A stretch of 64,000 nt of DNA, taken from positions 5,583 through 69,582 of the forward strand of contig JBGOVR010000001.1 in NCBI GenBank assembly GCA_041478205.1, given 5' to 3'. Source of the stretch: Candidatus Acidiferrum sp. (GTDB taxonomy: Bacteria; Acidobacteriota; Terriglobia; Acidiferrales; UBA7541). Each line of letters starts with the position of its first letter. Position 1 is the stretch's first letter. Of this stretch, positions 9,526 to 18,697 are shown one piece after another. The translations under genes and the position numbers were made by a program. The notes under the pieces were generated by a model. The model was not told the DNA's origin. It saw nothing but the letters and a program-made list of their open reading frames with translations, and searched no databases.

Positions 9526-11067
9526 ATGCCCCAGTCACGCCGTGATTTCATCAAGTTCGTCGTCACCGGCTCCGTCGCCGCCGGCTGTCCGATCGACGCA
9601 ACCCTCGTCGCGTCGCCCCACCCTGCTGGCGGCGCTGTCGTTCACGGCGAACGCTTCGAAGTCTGCCACAGCATTCGCGATGGCAAGGTCTTTGACCGCC
9701 CCGACGCCACCGCAAAAGCCGGCGTCGTCATCGTCGGCGGCGGTGTCGCTGGCCTTTCGGCGGCCTACTTTCTTCGCGACGCGGACTTCCTGCTCCTCGA
9801 AAAAGAAGACCATTTCGGCGGCAATGCCTATCAAGAAGAATTCGATGGCCAACCCTACGCCACGGGTTCCGCGTTCGCCTGGTCCGGCGACGAAGGCGAC
9901 CAGCTTTCTCGGGAGCTCGGCATGAAGCTCCTACCCGTCAATAGCCCCGACCCCACCATCGTCAACGGCACTTGGGTTCCGGACACTTGGCATTCCGGCA
10001 TCGATCAACTCCCTTATCCCAAAGAAGTCCGCGACAGCCTCCGCCGATTCCGCGACGACATGCTCAAGATCAACACCCAAGAGCGCATGGCGGAGCTCGA
10101 CGCCGAGCCTTTCAGCAAGTACACCGGCCCTTACGCCCGCGAAGTTGCTCAATGGTGGGATGCTTACGGACCTTCCAACTGGGGCGCAACCACCGCCGAC
10201 ACTTCCGCGTTTATGGGCATCTCCGAGATGCAAGGAATCGCGCGCGCCAAGGAAGACCCCCGCGTCATCCTCCCCGGCGGCCTCGGTTGTATCACCCACA
10301 AATTGGTTGAAGTTCTGCAGCCCAAGTACAAAGACCGCATGATCGGTAATTCCACCGTCGTTGCCGTTGTTCCGGATAAGGACTCCGTGCGCGTCACCTA
10401 CCTTCGCGACGGCGCGCTCACCACCGTCTCCGCTAAAGCCGCCGTCATCTGCGTTCCCAAAATGATTGCCTCGCGCACGGTCATGGGTTTGCCCTCGCCA
10501 CAGAAGGTCGCCATGCACCGGATTCGATACATCCCCTATCCCGTCATCAACGTGATCTTCGACAAGCCGGTCTACAATCGCGCCTACGATACCTGGGCCC
10601 CCGGCAACACCTTCACCGATTTCGTCGTCGCCGATTGGACCGTTCGCAATCTTCCCGGCTACAAACAGAAGAACAACATTCTGTCGTTCTATACCCCGCT
10701 GCCCGCGGAACAGCGCGCCACGCTCCTCGACGAAGACCACTGCAAGGCTCTCGCCGCCCGCGTTCTCGCCGACTTCCAAAAGCTCCTGCCCGAATTCAAC
10801 GTCAACCCCATTGAGGTTCGCCTCTACCGCCGCGGCCATCCGATGTTCATGGCCACGCCAGGACGCTACACAAAGGACCGTATTGATGCATCGCAGCCCA
10901 TGGACCGCATCTATTTTGGCCACTCCGACTCCGGCGGACCGGAATCCCTCACCAGCGAAGCCATCCGTCTATCTCGCGTTGGCGGGGAGTGGACCCGGCT
11001 GGTCCTCGCTGGCAAGCCTGGTGCGAAAGAACTGGCACAAAAAGCCCTGGCCGCCACTGCGGACTAA
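9526..11067 (+). CDS. Tat-exported FAD-dependent amine oxidase/dehydrogenase (flavin monoamine oxidase fold)
   Basis: Twin-arginine signal SRRDFIK; dinucleotide-binding motif VVIVGGGVAGLSAA..LLLEKE..GG. Confidence 0.85.
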   Translation: MPQSRRDFIKFVVTGSVAAGCPIDATLVASPHPAGGAVVHGERFEVCHSIRDGKVFDRPDATAKAGVVIVGGGVAGLSAAYFLRDADFLLLEKEDHFGGNAYQEEFDGQPYATGSAFAWSGDEGDQLSRELGMKLLPVNSPDPTIVNGTWVPDTWHSGIDQLPYPKEVRDSLRRFRDDMLKINTQERMAELDAEPFSKYTGPYAREVAQWWDAYGPSNWGATTADTSAFMGISEMQGIARAKEDPRVILPGGLGCITHKLVEVLQPKYKDRMIGNSTVVAVVPDKDSVRVTYLRDGALTTVSAKAAVICVPKMIASRTVMGLPSPQKVAMHRIRYIPYPVINVIFDKPVYNRAYDTWAPGNTFTDFVVADWTVRNLPGYKQKNNILSFYTPLPAEQRATLLDEDHCKALAARVLADFQKLLPEFNVNPIEVRLYRRGHPMFMATPGRYTKDRIDASQPMDRIYFGHSDSGGPESLTSEAIRLSRVGGEWTRLVLAGKPGAKELAQKALAATAD

Positions 11068-11098
11068 CGAGGTGCATCTTTACCATGACCTCTGCGAG

Positions 11099-11119
11099 CC
11101 GCGGTCTTCCAGACTGCGG
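11099..11119. repeat. GC-rich intergenic hairpin (REP-like or RNA-stability element)
   Basis: CCGCGGTCT-TCC-AGACTGCGG between the oxidase and aminoacylase genes; no long U tract. Confidence 0.4.
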
Positions 11120-11194
11120 GCTTGACATGACGCAACACCCAAAATCCAAACGATGACCTCATACTCAATTCGTCAAGCCACCTAAAGGAGAAAG

Positions 11195-12736
11195 ATGATT
11201 CCAGCAACCAATCGAACCTTGTTCCTTGTGTCGATCCTCTTCTTTTTCCTTTCGCCACCTGCCGCACACGCTCAGGAAAATCCCCCAACCACGGTAATCC
11301 TCAACGCCCAAATCGCCGATGGCACCGGCAAGCCCCTCCGCAAAGCCAACGTTCGCATCGCCGGCGACCGCATCGCCGAAATCGGAGTGCTCCAGCCCAA
11401 AACTGGCGAGCGCATCATCGACGCGCAAGGCCTCGTCCTCGCCCCCGGCTTCATCGACATCCACAACCATTCCACCGAGGGCATCGAGGCCGACCCCCTC
11501 GCCGAATCGCAAATCGCCCAGGGCATTACCACGGTAGTTCTCGGCGCTGATGGTGATTCGCCATGGCCCATCGGTGCGTGGCTCGACGCCCGGCGCAAGA
11601 GTCCGCCATCGCTGAACCTTGCCTTGATCGCAGGCCACGCCACCATTCGTGAGCTCGTCATGGGCAAAGACTTCAAGCGTCCCGCCACCGAAGCCGAGGT
11701 AGCAAAGATGGCTCAACTCGTGGACCAAGCCATGCGCGAAGGTGCCATCGGCCTCTCCAGCGGCCTCGAATACGAAGTTGGCAGCTACAGCACAACCGAC
11801 GAGGTCGTTGCCATGTCCCGCGCAGCCGCCAAGCTCAACGGCTTCTACATGACCCACATCCGCGACGAAGCCGACAAAAGCTTCGAAGCCCTTGATGAAG
11901 AAATCGCCATCGGAGAGCGAGCCCACGTCCCTGTCGAGCACTCGCACATCAAACTCGGTACCGTAAGCGTCTGGAACAAAGCTCCGGAATATATCCGCGT
12001 GATTGACGCGGCTCGAAAGCGCGGCGTCGATTTTCTCGCCGACTGCTATCCCTACGACGCCTGGCACTCCAACCTCAAAGTTCTGGTCCCAGACAAGCAG
12101 TACGAAAATCCGCAAAGTGTCGCAAAAGCTCTCGCCGATGTCGGCGGCGCAAGCCATGTAACCATCGTCGAATTCACTCCCAATCCCGGCTACGAAGGCC
12201 ACACGATCGAAGATCTTGCTCACGCAAACAAGCTAACTCCTGTCGAAATGTACATTCGCATCGTGCGTGAAGGCGACGCCGCAAATACCGAAGCCAACGT
12301 GATCGGCCAATCGATGGTCGAGGACGACATCAAGGCGTTCTATCAGCAACCGTGGGTGATGGTCGCAAGCGACGGCGGAATCAACTCCCGGCACCCGCGT
12401 GGCGCCGGTACCTTTCCACGCGTGCTCGGCCTGTACGTTCGCGAGAAACATTGGCTGACGCTGCCCGAAGCCGTCCGCAAAATGACCTCGCTCCCCGCCC
12501 AGCGCCTGGCCTGGAAGGATCGCGGCGTGATCGGCAAAGGCGCCTTCGCGGACCTGGTTCTGTTCAACCCCGACACTGTCATCGACCGCTCGACATTCGC
12601 CAAGCCATTTGAACTGCCGGCTGGTATCGAGAAAGTCTTCGTGAGTGGCACCCTCGTGTGGGACGCCAGCAAGGCGACCGGCGCGCGACCGGGACGCGTG
12701 CTGCCGGAAAGAGAGACAGGTGTCGTCACAAAGTAG
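11195..12736 (+). CDS. Exported N-acyl-D-amino-acid deacylase (D-aminoacylase family)
   Basis: RBS AAGGAG; signal peptide; APGFIDIHNHS, QGITTVV, GLSSGLEY, THIRDE, HPRGAGTFPRVLG, ADLVLFNP. Confidence 0.9.
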   Translation: MIPATNRTLFLVSILFFFLSPPAAHAQENPPTTVILNAQIADGTGKPLRKANVRIAGDRIAEIGVLQPKTGERIIDAQGLVLAPGFIDIHNHSTEGIEADPLAESQIAQGITTVVLGADGDSPWPIGAWLDARRKSPPSLNLALIAGHATIRELVMGKDFKRPATEAEVAKMAQLVDQAMREGAIGLSSGLEYEVGSYSTTDEVVAMSRAAAKLNGFYMTHIRDEADKSFEALDEEIAIGERAHVPVEHSHIKLGTVSVWNKAPEYIRVIDAARKRGVDFLADCYPYDAWHSNLKVLVPDKQYENPQSVAKALADVGGASHVTIVEFTPNPGYEGHTIEDLAHANKLTPVEMYIRIVREGDAANTEANVIGQSMVEDDIKAFYQQPWVMVASDGGINSRHPRGAGTFPRVLGLYVREKHWLTLPEAVRKMTSLPAQRLAWKDRGVIGKGAFADLVLFNPDTVIDRSTFAKPFELPAGIEKVFVSGTLVWDASKATGARPGRVLPERETGVVTK

Positions 12737-12823
12737 AAGCGTGAGAATTTAGGAATCGCCGGAAGTAGCGAATCCATCACCATTCCGCACGGCCCCCGAA
12801 GCAATGGTGCGAGGTGGTGCCCT

Positions 12824-13423
12824 TCAGGTTTTCGCGGGGTGGGTAGTCTCGGCCGAATTCTTGATTCGCTTCTGCGCGGCCGAGCCTGCGAGAACCATCG
12901 CGATACCCACAAGGGCAAAAACTTGCCCAATCCTCAACTGGTCTTCCGGCTTGTTTACTTGCAACTCTTCGTCAGCGCCGGCCAGCGAAATCTCATGTGG
13001 ATTGGCGGGGTTGTAATGGATCGTTTGTATCGATCTTCGCGGGTGACGCCGCACCCATCCTTCAATCTGTTCGAGCGTAACCGCCTGGGGCCCCAGCAGG
13101 ATTTGGCGCTTCGACTGAAATACCCGCGATCCGGCGGACTTGCTTTCCTCGTATGTAGTCCCGTTTGCTTCATAGCGGAACACGCAGCGTGCCTGCGACT
13201 TTGTCCCATAGTCGCGGCCGGAGTAGCCGTAGACCCGCCGGACAGAGCAATCCACCACCTGCGCTTCCACCGCAGGCCATCTGGTCGCTTCCACGCGTTG
13301 TTGATAGGCGCGCGATCCGCCTACACCCAAAAACACAAGCGAGCCCAGCATGGCCAAGGCTCCTCCGAGAATCACCAGGCCGTAACGTTGCGGCCTGCCT
13401 GGATCGACCGGCAGAGAAATCAT
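12824..13423 (-). CDS. DUF3592-like membrane protein
   Basis: TM helix, WPAVEAQV, F.YEANG..Y, IHYNPANP, C-terminal TM helix. Confidence 0.7.
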   Translation of the reverse strand: MISLPVDPGRPQRYGLVILGGALAMLGSLVFLGVGGSRAYQQRVEATRWPAVEAQVVDCSVRRVYGYSGRDYGTKSQARCVFRYEANGTTYEESKSAGSRVFQSKRQILLGPQAVTLEQIEGWVRRHPRRSIQTIHYNPANPHEISLAGADEELQVNKPEDQLRIGQVFALVGIAMVLAGSAAQKRIKNSAETTHPAKT

Positions 13424-13612
13424 GCCGCCATTATGAATCTACCCCCTCCCGCGAAACGGGCATTTCGATCAGCTAAGTAAGCAAACCACCAATAAACCTA
13501 ACGCCACAAACGTGTGACGATCCCAAATCAACTCTCGGCCGGCGCATGCCGGTTTTCGCCTGGAATAGGGTGCTGGGCAAATGGCGCATAACTGGCAGAC
13601 GATGCGCTAGGT

Positions 13613-13636
13613 AAATTGTGACAATTTGTCTATAAT
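13613..13636 (+). promoter_or_regulatory. rplS promoter region: TATAAT preceded by a 7-1-7 palindrome
   Basis: AAATTGT-G-ACAATTT (13613-13627); TATAAT (13631-13636). Confidence 0.45.
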
Positions 13637-13693
13637 TAGGGTTTGCCTTTGGTGTGCTGGCCCCGCCTGAGTGGGTCTGCAGGGAATACTGAG

Positions 13694-14101
13694 ATGAATC
13701 CGGTTATTGCAAAACTACATGAAGCGCAACTGCGCAAAGACCTTCCTGAGTTTCGGCCTGGCGACACCGTGCGTGTGAACGTGCGGCTGAAGGAAGGCGA
13801 GGGCGAGAAGGAAAAAGAGCGCTTGCAGGCGTTCGAAGGCGTGGTGATTTCGAAGAAAGGGCGCGCTTCCGGCGTTACTTTCACGGTCCGGCGCGTCAGC
13901 TTTGGCGTGGGCATCGAACGCATTTTCCCGCTGCACTCGCCGACGATCAGCTCCATTGAAGTTGTCGGCAAGGGCAAGGTGCGCCGCGCTCGGTTGTACT
14001 ACCTGCGCGAATTGCGCGGGAAGGCTGCGCGCATCAAGCGTGCGGGCCGCGAAGAAGCTACGGTGGCCGTAGCCGCCGGCACGAGCTCAGAGAGCAAGTA
14101 A
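13694..14101 (+). CDS. rplS: 50S ribosomal protein L19
   Basis: [63 protein letters not shown]. Confidence 0.98.
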   Translation: MNPVIAKLHEAQLRKDLPEFRPGDTVRVNVRLKEGEGEKEKERLQAFEGVVISKKGRASGVTFTVRRVSFGVGIERIFPLHSPTISSIEVVGKGKVRRARLYYLRELRGKAARIKRAGREEATVAVAAGTSSESK

Positions 14102-14144
14102 GCTCCGCGCCTATATTCGTTCGAGAAGATCGCAATTTTGAGAG

Positions 14145-14173
14145 CAGCCCCGGAAATCCGGGGCTGTTTTGTT
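14145..14173 (+). terminator. Rho-independent terminator after rplS
   Basis: CAGCCCCGG-AAAT-CCGGGGCTG followed by TTTTGTT. Confidence 0.8.
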
Positions 14174-14357
14174 TATCGCCTGGGCTACTCGCTTCAACTT
14201 CAGATGTTGGTCCATCTAATCGACCCAGCGGCTGCGCGTATGCTGCCACGCCCCGAGAATTCCAGTCAACTACCGGATTTAGACGGGTGAAAAAGGGGAA
14301 GAGAAGCACGGCGAAAATGTTTTTCGCACCGCACCGTCTAGAAGAGAAGCCGACCTG

Positions 14358-14399
14358 TTGACAAACAACAGGAACGAGTATACTCTCCTGTTGTTTGTC
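14358..14399 (+). promoter_or_regulatory. padR promoter with a perfect 14-bp inverted-repeat operator
   Basis: TTGACA (14358), 17 bp, TACTCT; GACAAACAACAGGA (14360-14373) pairs perfectly with TCCTGTTGTTTGTC (14386-14399). Confidence 0.75.
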
Positions 14400-14414
14400 C
14401 AAAGGAGCGGATCG

Positions 14415-14759
14415 ATGGCGCCACCGCGCGGGGAAGTGCTGCAAGGCACGCTGGACTTGATCGTGTTGAAAACGCTGGACGCCATGGGGCCGCTGCACGG
14501 CTACGGGATCGCGCAGCGGATCCAGCAGGTGTCCGAAGATCTGCTCAAGCTGAATCAGGGCACGCTGTATCCGGCGCTACTGCGGCTGGAGCAGCGCGCG
14601 TGGATCAGCTCGAAGTGGGGCGTTTCGGACAACAACCGCAAGGCCAAGTATTACTCGCTCACGCGCGCGGGCCGCAAGCAACTCGCCAGCGAAGCGGAAA
14701 GCTGGGAGCGCATGGCCGCGGTCATGGCGCGCCTGCTCGCTGGCGCAGCAGGAGCATGA
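14415..14759 (+). CDS. PadR-family transcriptional regulator (acidobacterial type)
   Basis: RBS AAGGAG; LQGTLDLIVLKTL, HGYGIAQRI, QGTLYPALLRLE, WGVSDNNRKAKYYSLT. Confidence 0.95.
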   Translation: MAPPRGEVLQGTLDLIVLKTLDAMGPLHGYGIAQRIQQVSEDLLKLNQGTLYPALLRLEQRAWISSKWGVSDNNRKAKYYSLTRAGRKQLASEAESWERMAAVMARLLAGAAGA

Positions 14760-14760
14760 G

Positions 14761-17403
14761 ATGGGCCGCCTGCGTATTTTTGCTTCGCGTCTGCTTGGTT
14801 TTTTCCACAAACGACACCTCGACGAAAATCTTGACGGAGAATTGCGCGCCCACCTGCAGTTGCTCGCGGAAGAAAACCTTCGACGGGGTATGACGCCGCA
14901 GGAGGCGCGTTACGCGGCTCGCCGCGAATTCGGCGGTGTGGAGCAAACCAAGGAACTCTATCGCGAACAGCGCGGGCTGCCGTTTCTCGACACCCTACTG
15001 CAAGATCTACGGTTCGCCCTGCGCACGCTGGCGAAGCGGCCCGGATTTGCGACCGTCGCGATCCTCACGCTGGCCCTGGGCATCGGAGCCACGACGGCGG
15101 TGTTCAGCGTCGTAGATCGCCTGTTGTTCCGCAGTCTCCCGTATCCACACGACGAACGTCTTGTTTCCTTTGGCCTGCTTGCCCCGATTGAACGAAATGA
15201 GTTCATGTTGGGAGCGAGCTACGTCGATTTCAGAAAGGAACCCGGTCCTTTCGAGGCGGTAGCCTCGATGGCTCCCGGCAGCGCCGATTGTGACGTCACC
15301 GAGGAAAATCCTATCCGCTTGAATTGCGGGGTCGTCGAACAGACTTTCCTTCCTACTCTGGGCGTCCAGCCAATCCTCGGGCGCAACTTCATGCCGGAGG
15401 AAGACCGGCCGAATGCGCCGCGCGTCGCACTCTTGTCTTACTCGCTTTGGAAAAGCCGTTTCGGGGGCGACCCGGGTATCCTCCGCAAGACGCTCTCTTT
15501 GGATGGCAGCGCCACACGAATAATCGGGGTTCTACCTTCCAGCTTTGAGATGCCCACATTGAGCCCCGCGGATATTCTCGTTCCGCAAGCTCTTGATGAA
15601 GAGCAGCAGCACAAGTCCGCGCCGGGAGCAGTGCTACGAACCTTCGCTCGCCTAAAGCCTGGAAGCAACGTTTCCCAGGCGATTGCGGGCCTGCAACCCT
15701 GGTTTGAGCAAGCGATACAAGGCGCGCCTCCGGAGTTCCGTAAGGAAATTCATTTGTCGGTTCGCATGCTCCGTGACAGTCAAGTGCAGGATGTGCGTCT
15801 AGCCTCGTGGATCTTGCTGGGTTCCGTCTTCGCGGTACTCCTGGTCGCGTGCACGAATGTGGCGAACCTATTGCTCGTGCGCGCTACCGGCCGCGAGCGA
15901 GAACTCGCCGTGCGAGCGGCGCTGGGAGCGAGCCGCGCGCGACTCGTTCGCCAGGCGCTCACCGAAAGCTTGCTGCTTGGCTTGCTGGGAGGCGCGACGG
16001 GTTGTTGGGTGGCAGCCTTGCTTCTCCGCTTGTTTGTATCCATCGCGCCCGAAGGCATTCCCCGCCTGCTTCAGGCCAATCTTGATCTGCGTGTGGTGGT
16101 GTTCACGTTCGGAGTCGCGGTGGCTTCCGCCATCATTTTCGGCGTAGCCCCGGCGCTCAACCGGCCCGCACCGGAGGTGCTCAGCGGAAAGCAGACAAAT
16201 TCACCGGCACGAAGCTTGCTGCGGCAGATCCTGGTATCGGCGCAAATCGCTATTTCTCTGGTTCTTCTTGCGGGCGCAGGTCTGCTGCTCCGCAGCTTGT
16301 GGAATTTGGAAAACGTTCCTACCGGAATAGATGCGGAAAAGGTTCTCACGGAAACGATAGCGCTGGGCAACTACCGCTACCCTAATGCCGCGGAGCAAAT
16401 CGCCTTTTTCACAGAACTGGAGGGGCGATTGAAGCGTCTGCCCGGCGTCAGTGCGGTGGGCGTGAGCGACTCGCTGCCTCCCGCCGGACAAATGCGGTCG
16501 ACCATCTTCGCGGCCATCGAAGTGGCGGGCCGTCCGCTCCTTGCCGAAGGCACCGGAGGCATGGTGGGGTGGCGAGCGGTGACGCCCGACTATTTTTCCG
16601 CTCTATCCATTCCGATTGTCCAAGGCCGCGGATTCCAGCAGGAAGACCGTCTTCCTTCCGAGAATCCGATCGTTCTGAGCGAAACGCTGGCTCGGGCACT
16701 CCTCCCAAATGAGAATCCCATCGGCAAGCAGTTGAGGTTGTTCCGCATGCAAGGCCCGTGGCGCACGGTCGTGGGTGTCGCGGCAGACGTGAAAAACAAT
16801 GGTCTCGCAGCAGGTTCCGATCCGGAGTTCTACCTTCCCTGGAAGAATGACCCCGTAGTGTCTTTTAGTAGTGCGAACGTGATTTTGCGAACCCGCATGA
16901 ACTCCAAAGCCGTTAGCGCGTGGATGCGTGGAGAGACGGCCGGCTTGGATCCGACACTCCCAGTGAAGATCGAAACCATGAGCCAGCGCGTAGGCCGGCT
17001 GGCGGATGGTCCGCGTTTCAACGCCGTGCTGTTGTCACTGTTCGCCGGGATGGGCGTCTTGCTAGCGGCCATCGGAATTTACGGAGTCGTTGGCTTCCTG
17101 GTGGCGCAGCAAACGCGGGAGATCGGCGTGCGCATGGCGTTGGGTGCGACTCCGCAGAACATCTTGAAAATGGTGCTTTCGAACGTCGCGCGCTGGACGA
17201 TTGGCGGTGCTGCGCTGGGTCTTCTGGGTGCGTGGTTCTGCGCGCGCTTGCTGGAGTCGCTATTGTTCGAAGTCCGCGCGCACGACCCGTTTCTTCTTGG
17301 GTTGGCTCTGTGCGTACTGCTCGCGGTGGCATTTCTTGCCGCTTGGATACCGGCGCGCCGCGCGATGCGCGTCGATCCCATGGTCGCCCTGCGCTACGAG
17401 TAA
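14761..17403 (+). CDS. ADOP-type duplicated ABC permease (MacB/FtsX domains twice)
   Basis: N-terminal GMTPQEARYAARREFG, QDLRFALRTL..PGF, CTNVANLLL, REIGVRMALGA, PARRAMRVDPMVALRYE. Confidence 0.95.
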   Translation: MGRLRIFASRLLGFFHKRHLDENLDGELRAHLQLLAEENLRRGMTPQEARYAARREFGGVEQTKELYREQRGLPFLDTLLQDLRFALRTLAKRPGFATVAILTLALGIGATTAVFSVVDRLLFRSLPYPHDERLVSFGLLAPIERNEFMLGASYVDFRKEPGPFEAVASMAPGSADCDVTEENPIRLNCGVVEQTFLPTLGVQPILGRNFMPEEDRPNAPRVALLSYSLWKSRFGGDPGILRKTLSLDGSATRIIGVLPSSFEMPTLSPADILVPQALDEEQQHKSAPGAVLRTFARLKPGSNVSQAIAGLQPWFEQAIQGAPPEFRKEIHLSVRMLRDSQVQDVRLASWILLGSVFAVLLVACTNVANLLLVRATGRERELAVRAALGASRARLVRQALTESLLLGLLGGATGCWVAALLLRLFVSIAPEGIPRLLQANLDLRVVVFTFGVAVASAIIFGVAPALNRPAPEVLSGKQTNSPARSLLRQILVSAQIAISLVLLAGAGLLLRSLWNLENVPTGIDAEKVLTETIALGNYRYPNAAEQIAFFTELEGRLKRLPGVSAVGVSDSLPPAGQMRSTIFAAIEVAGRPLLAEGTGGMVGWRAVTPDYFSALSIPIVQGRGFQQEDRLPSENPIVLSETLARALLPNENPIGKQLRLFRMQGPWRTVVGVAADVKNNGLAAGSDPEFYLPWKNDPVVSFSSANVILRTRMNSKAVSAWMRGETAGLDPTLPVKIETMSQRVGRLADGPRFNAVLLSLFAGMGVLLAAIGIYGVVGFLVAQQTREIGVRMALGATPQNILKMVLSNVARWTIGGAALGLLGAWFCARLLESLLFEVRAHDPFLLGLALCVLLAVAFLAAWIPARRAMRVDPMVALRYE

Positions 17404-17415
17404 AGGAGAGGAAGG

Positions 17416-17676
17416 ATGACGATTCTGCGCACTTTCATCTACCGCCTCCGTGGAATGTTCGGAACGGCGCGCTCAGAGAAGGAATTGAACTCCGAGATGT
17501 GCGCGCACCTCGATGCCCTTACGGAAAAAAACGTCCGTCGTGGGATGACTCCCGGTGACCCGCTCACCTATTTCGGAACGGTGTTCGTGCTTATCGTGGT
17601 TTCTTTGCTGGCGTGCTTCATCCCGGCCAGGCGCACGATGCGCGTCGATCCTCTGGTGGCTTTGAGGTACAAATGA
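17416..17676 (+). pseudogene. Internally deleted in-frame ADOP permease remnant (mini-ADOP, 86 aa)
   Basis: Strong RBS; ADOP N-terminal prefix (..HLDALTEKNVRRGMTP) joined directly to the last TM and C-terminus (GDPLTY...IPARRTMRVDPLVALRYK). Confidence 0.75.
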
Positions 17677-17767
17677 ACGTTCTTTCCGACAGACAGGGAA
17701 GCGCGGGGAGGATTCTTCTTTCCTTGGCTCTCCTGTGATGTGGGGGCCATGCTAGAATCGCGGACGA

Positions 17768-18430
17768 ATGAGCCGCCTTTGTTCCTCGCGTTTCGAGCGT
17801 GCGGCGCGGAAACTTGGCTGGACGCGCATCGCTGGGCTGGATGAAGCTGGCCGCGGCGCGCTTTTTGGTCCGGTTGCCGCCGCTGCCGTGATTCTCAATC
17901 CCAAGCGGCGCATCGTGGGGCTGGACGATTCAAAGCAGCTCGCCCCCGAACGCCGCACGCAGCTTGCCGAACGCATTCGCGAGCACGCTTTGGCCTGGGC
18001 CGTTGCGGAAATAGATGCACAGCGCATTGACGCCTGGAACATTTACCAGGCCAGCCGCCAGGCCATGACCGCGGCGCTGCAACTGCTAGCCATTTCGCCG
18101 GACTACTTGCTGATCGACGCCATGCAGCTGGACGTGCTCATCGAGCAGAAATCGCTGATCAAGGGCGATTGCAAAAGCGTTTCGATTGCCGCGGCGTCCA
18201 TTCTCGCGAAGACTCACCGGGATGCGCGGATGGAAGAATGGGACGCGGTTTATCCCCAGTATGGCCTGGCTCGTCACAAAGGGTACGCCACGGCCGATCA
18301 TCTGGAAGCTTTGCGGCAGCATGGGCCTACGCCGCTACATCGGCATTCCTTCGCGCCGGTCCGCGATGCGGGGTGCTGGTCGGCTGGGGCCATTCAGATA
18401 GCGCTCTTGCCGGACACGATTTTGCCTTGA
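17768..18430 (+). CDS. rnhB: Ribonuclease HII
   Basis: AGLDEAGRG, GPVAAAAVIL, LDDSKQL, LLIDA, IKGD, SIAAASILAK..RD, HKGYAT. Confidence 0.96.
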   Translation: MSRLCSSRFERAARKLGWTRIAGLDEAGRGALFGPVAAAAVILNPKRRIVGLDDSKQLAPERRTQLAERIREHALAWAVAEIDAQRIDAWNIYQASRQAMTAALQLLAISPDYLLIDAMQLDVLIEQKSLIKGDCKSVSIAAASILAKTHRDARMEEWDAVYPQYGLARHKGYATADHLEALRQHGPTPLHRHSFAPVRDAGCWSAGAIQIALLPDTILP

Positions 18431-18697
18431 AATCGACGCCGCGACACCCCACGGACGCGGATGTTGAGCGTGCGCGAAGCGACTCAGTCATCCCACCCTT
18501 GCTTCGCCTCGTCTTCGCCGGAAGTTTCCTGATTCCAACGGGGATAACTGGCTGCTCACACGGAGTTCTGGGTTCGTTGACTTGTGTTTTGCCCGCCTGC
18601 TAGCGTAGGCAAGCACGACTTGAGCCTGCCTTCGCGCTTTGGGCGCGGGAGAGACATCCTCCAGCAGGCGTGGGTGGCGCATTGTCTGAGTTCGCGA

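Noticed and set aside
9931-12223. 330-aa and 352-aa minus-strand ORFs
   Set aside because: They are shadows of the oxidase and aminoacylase genes
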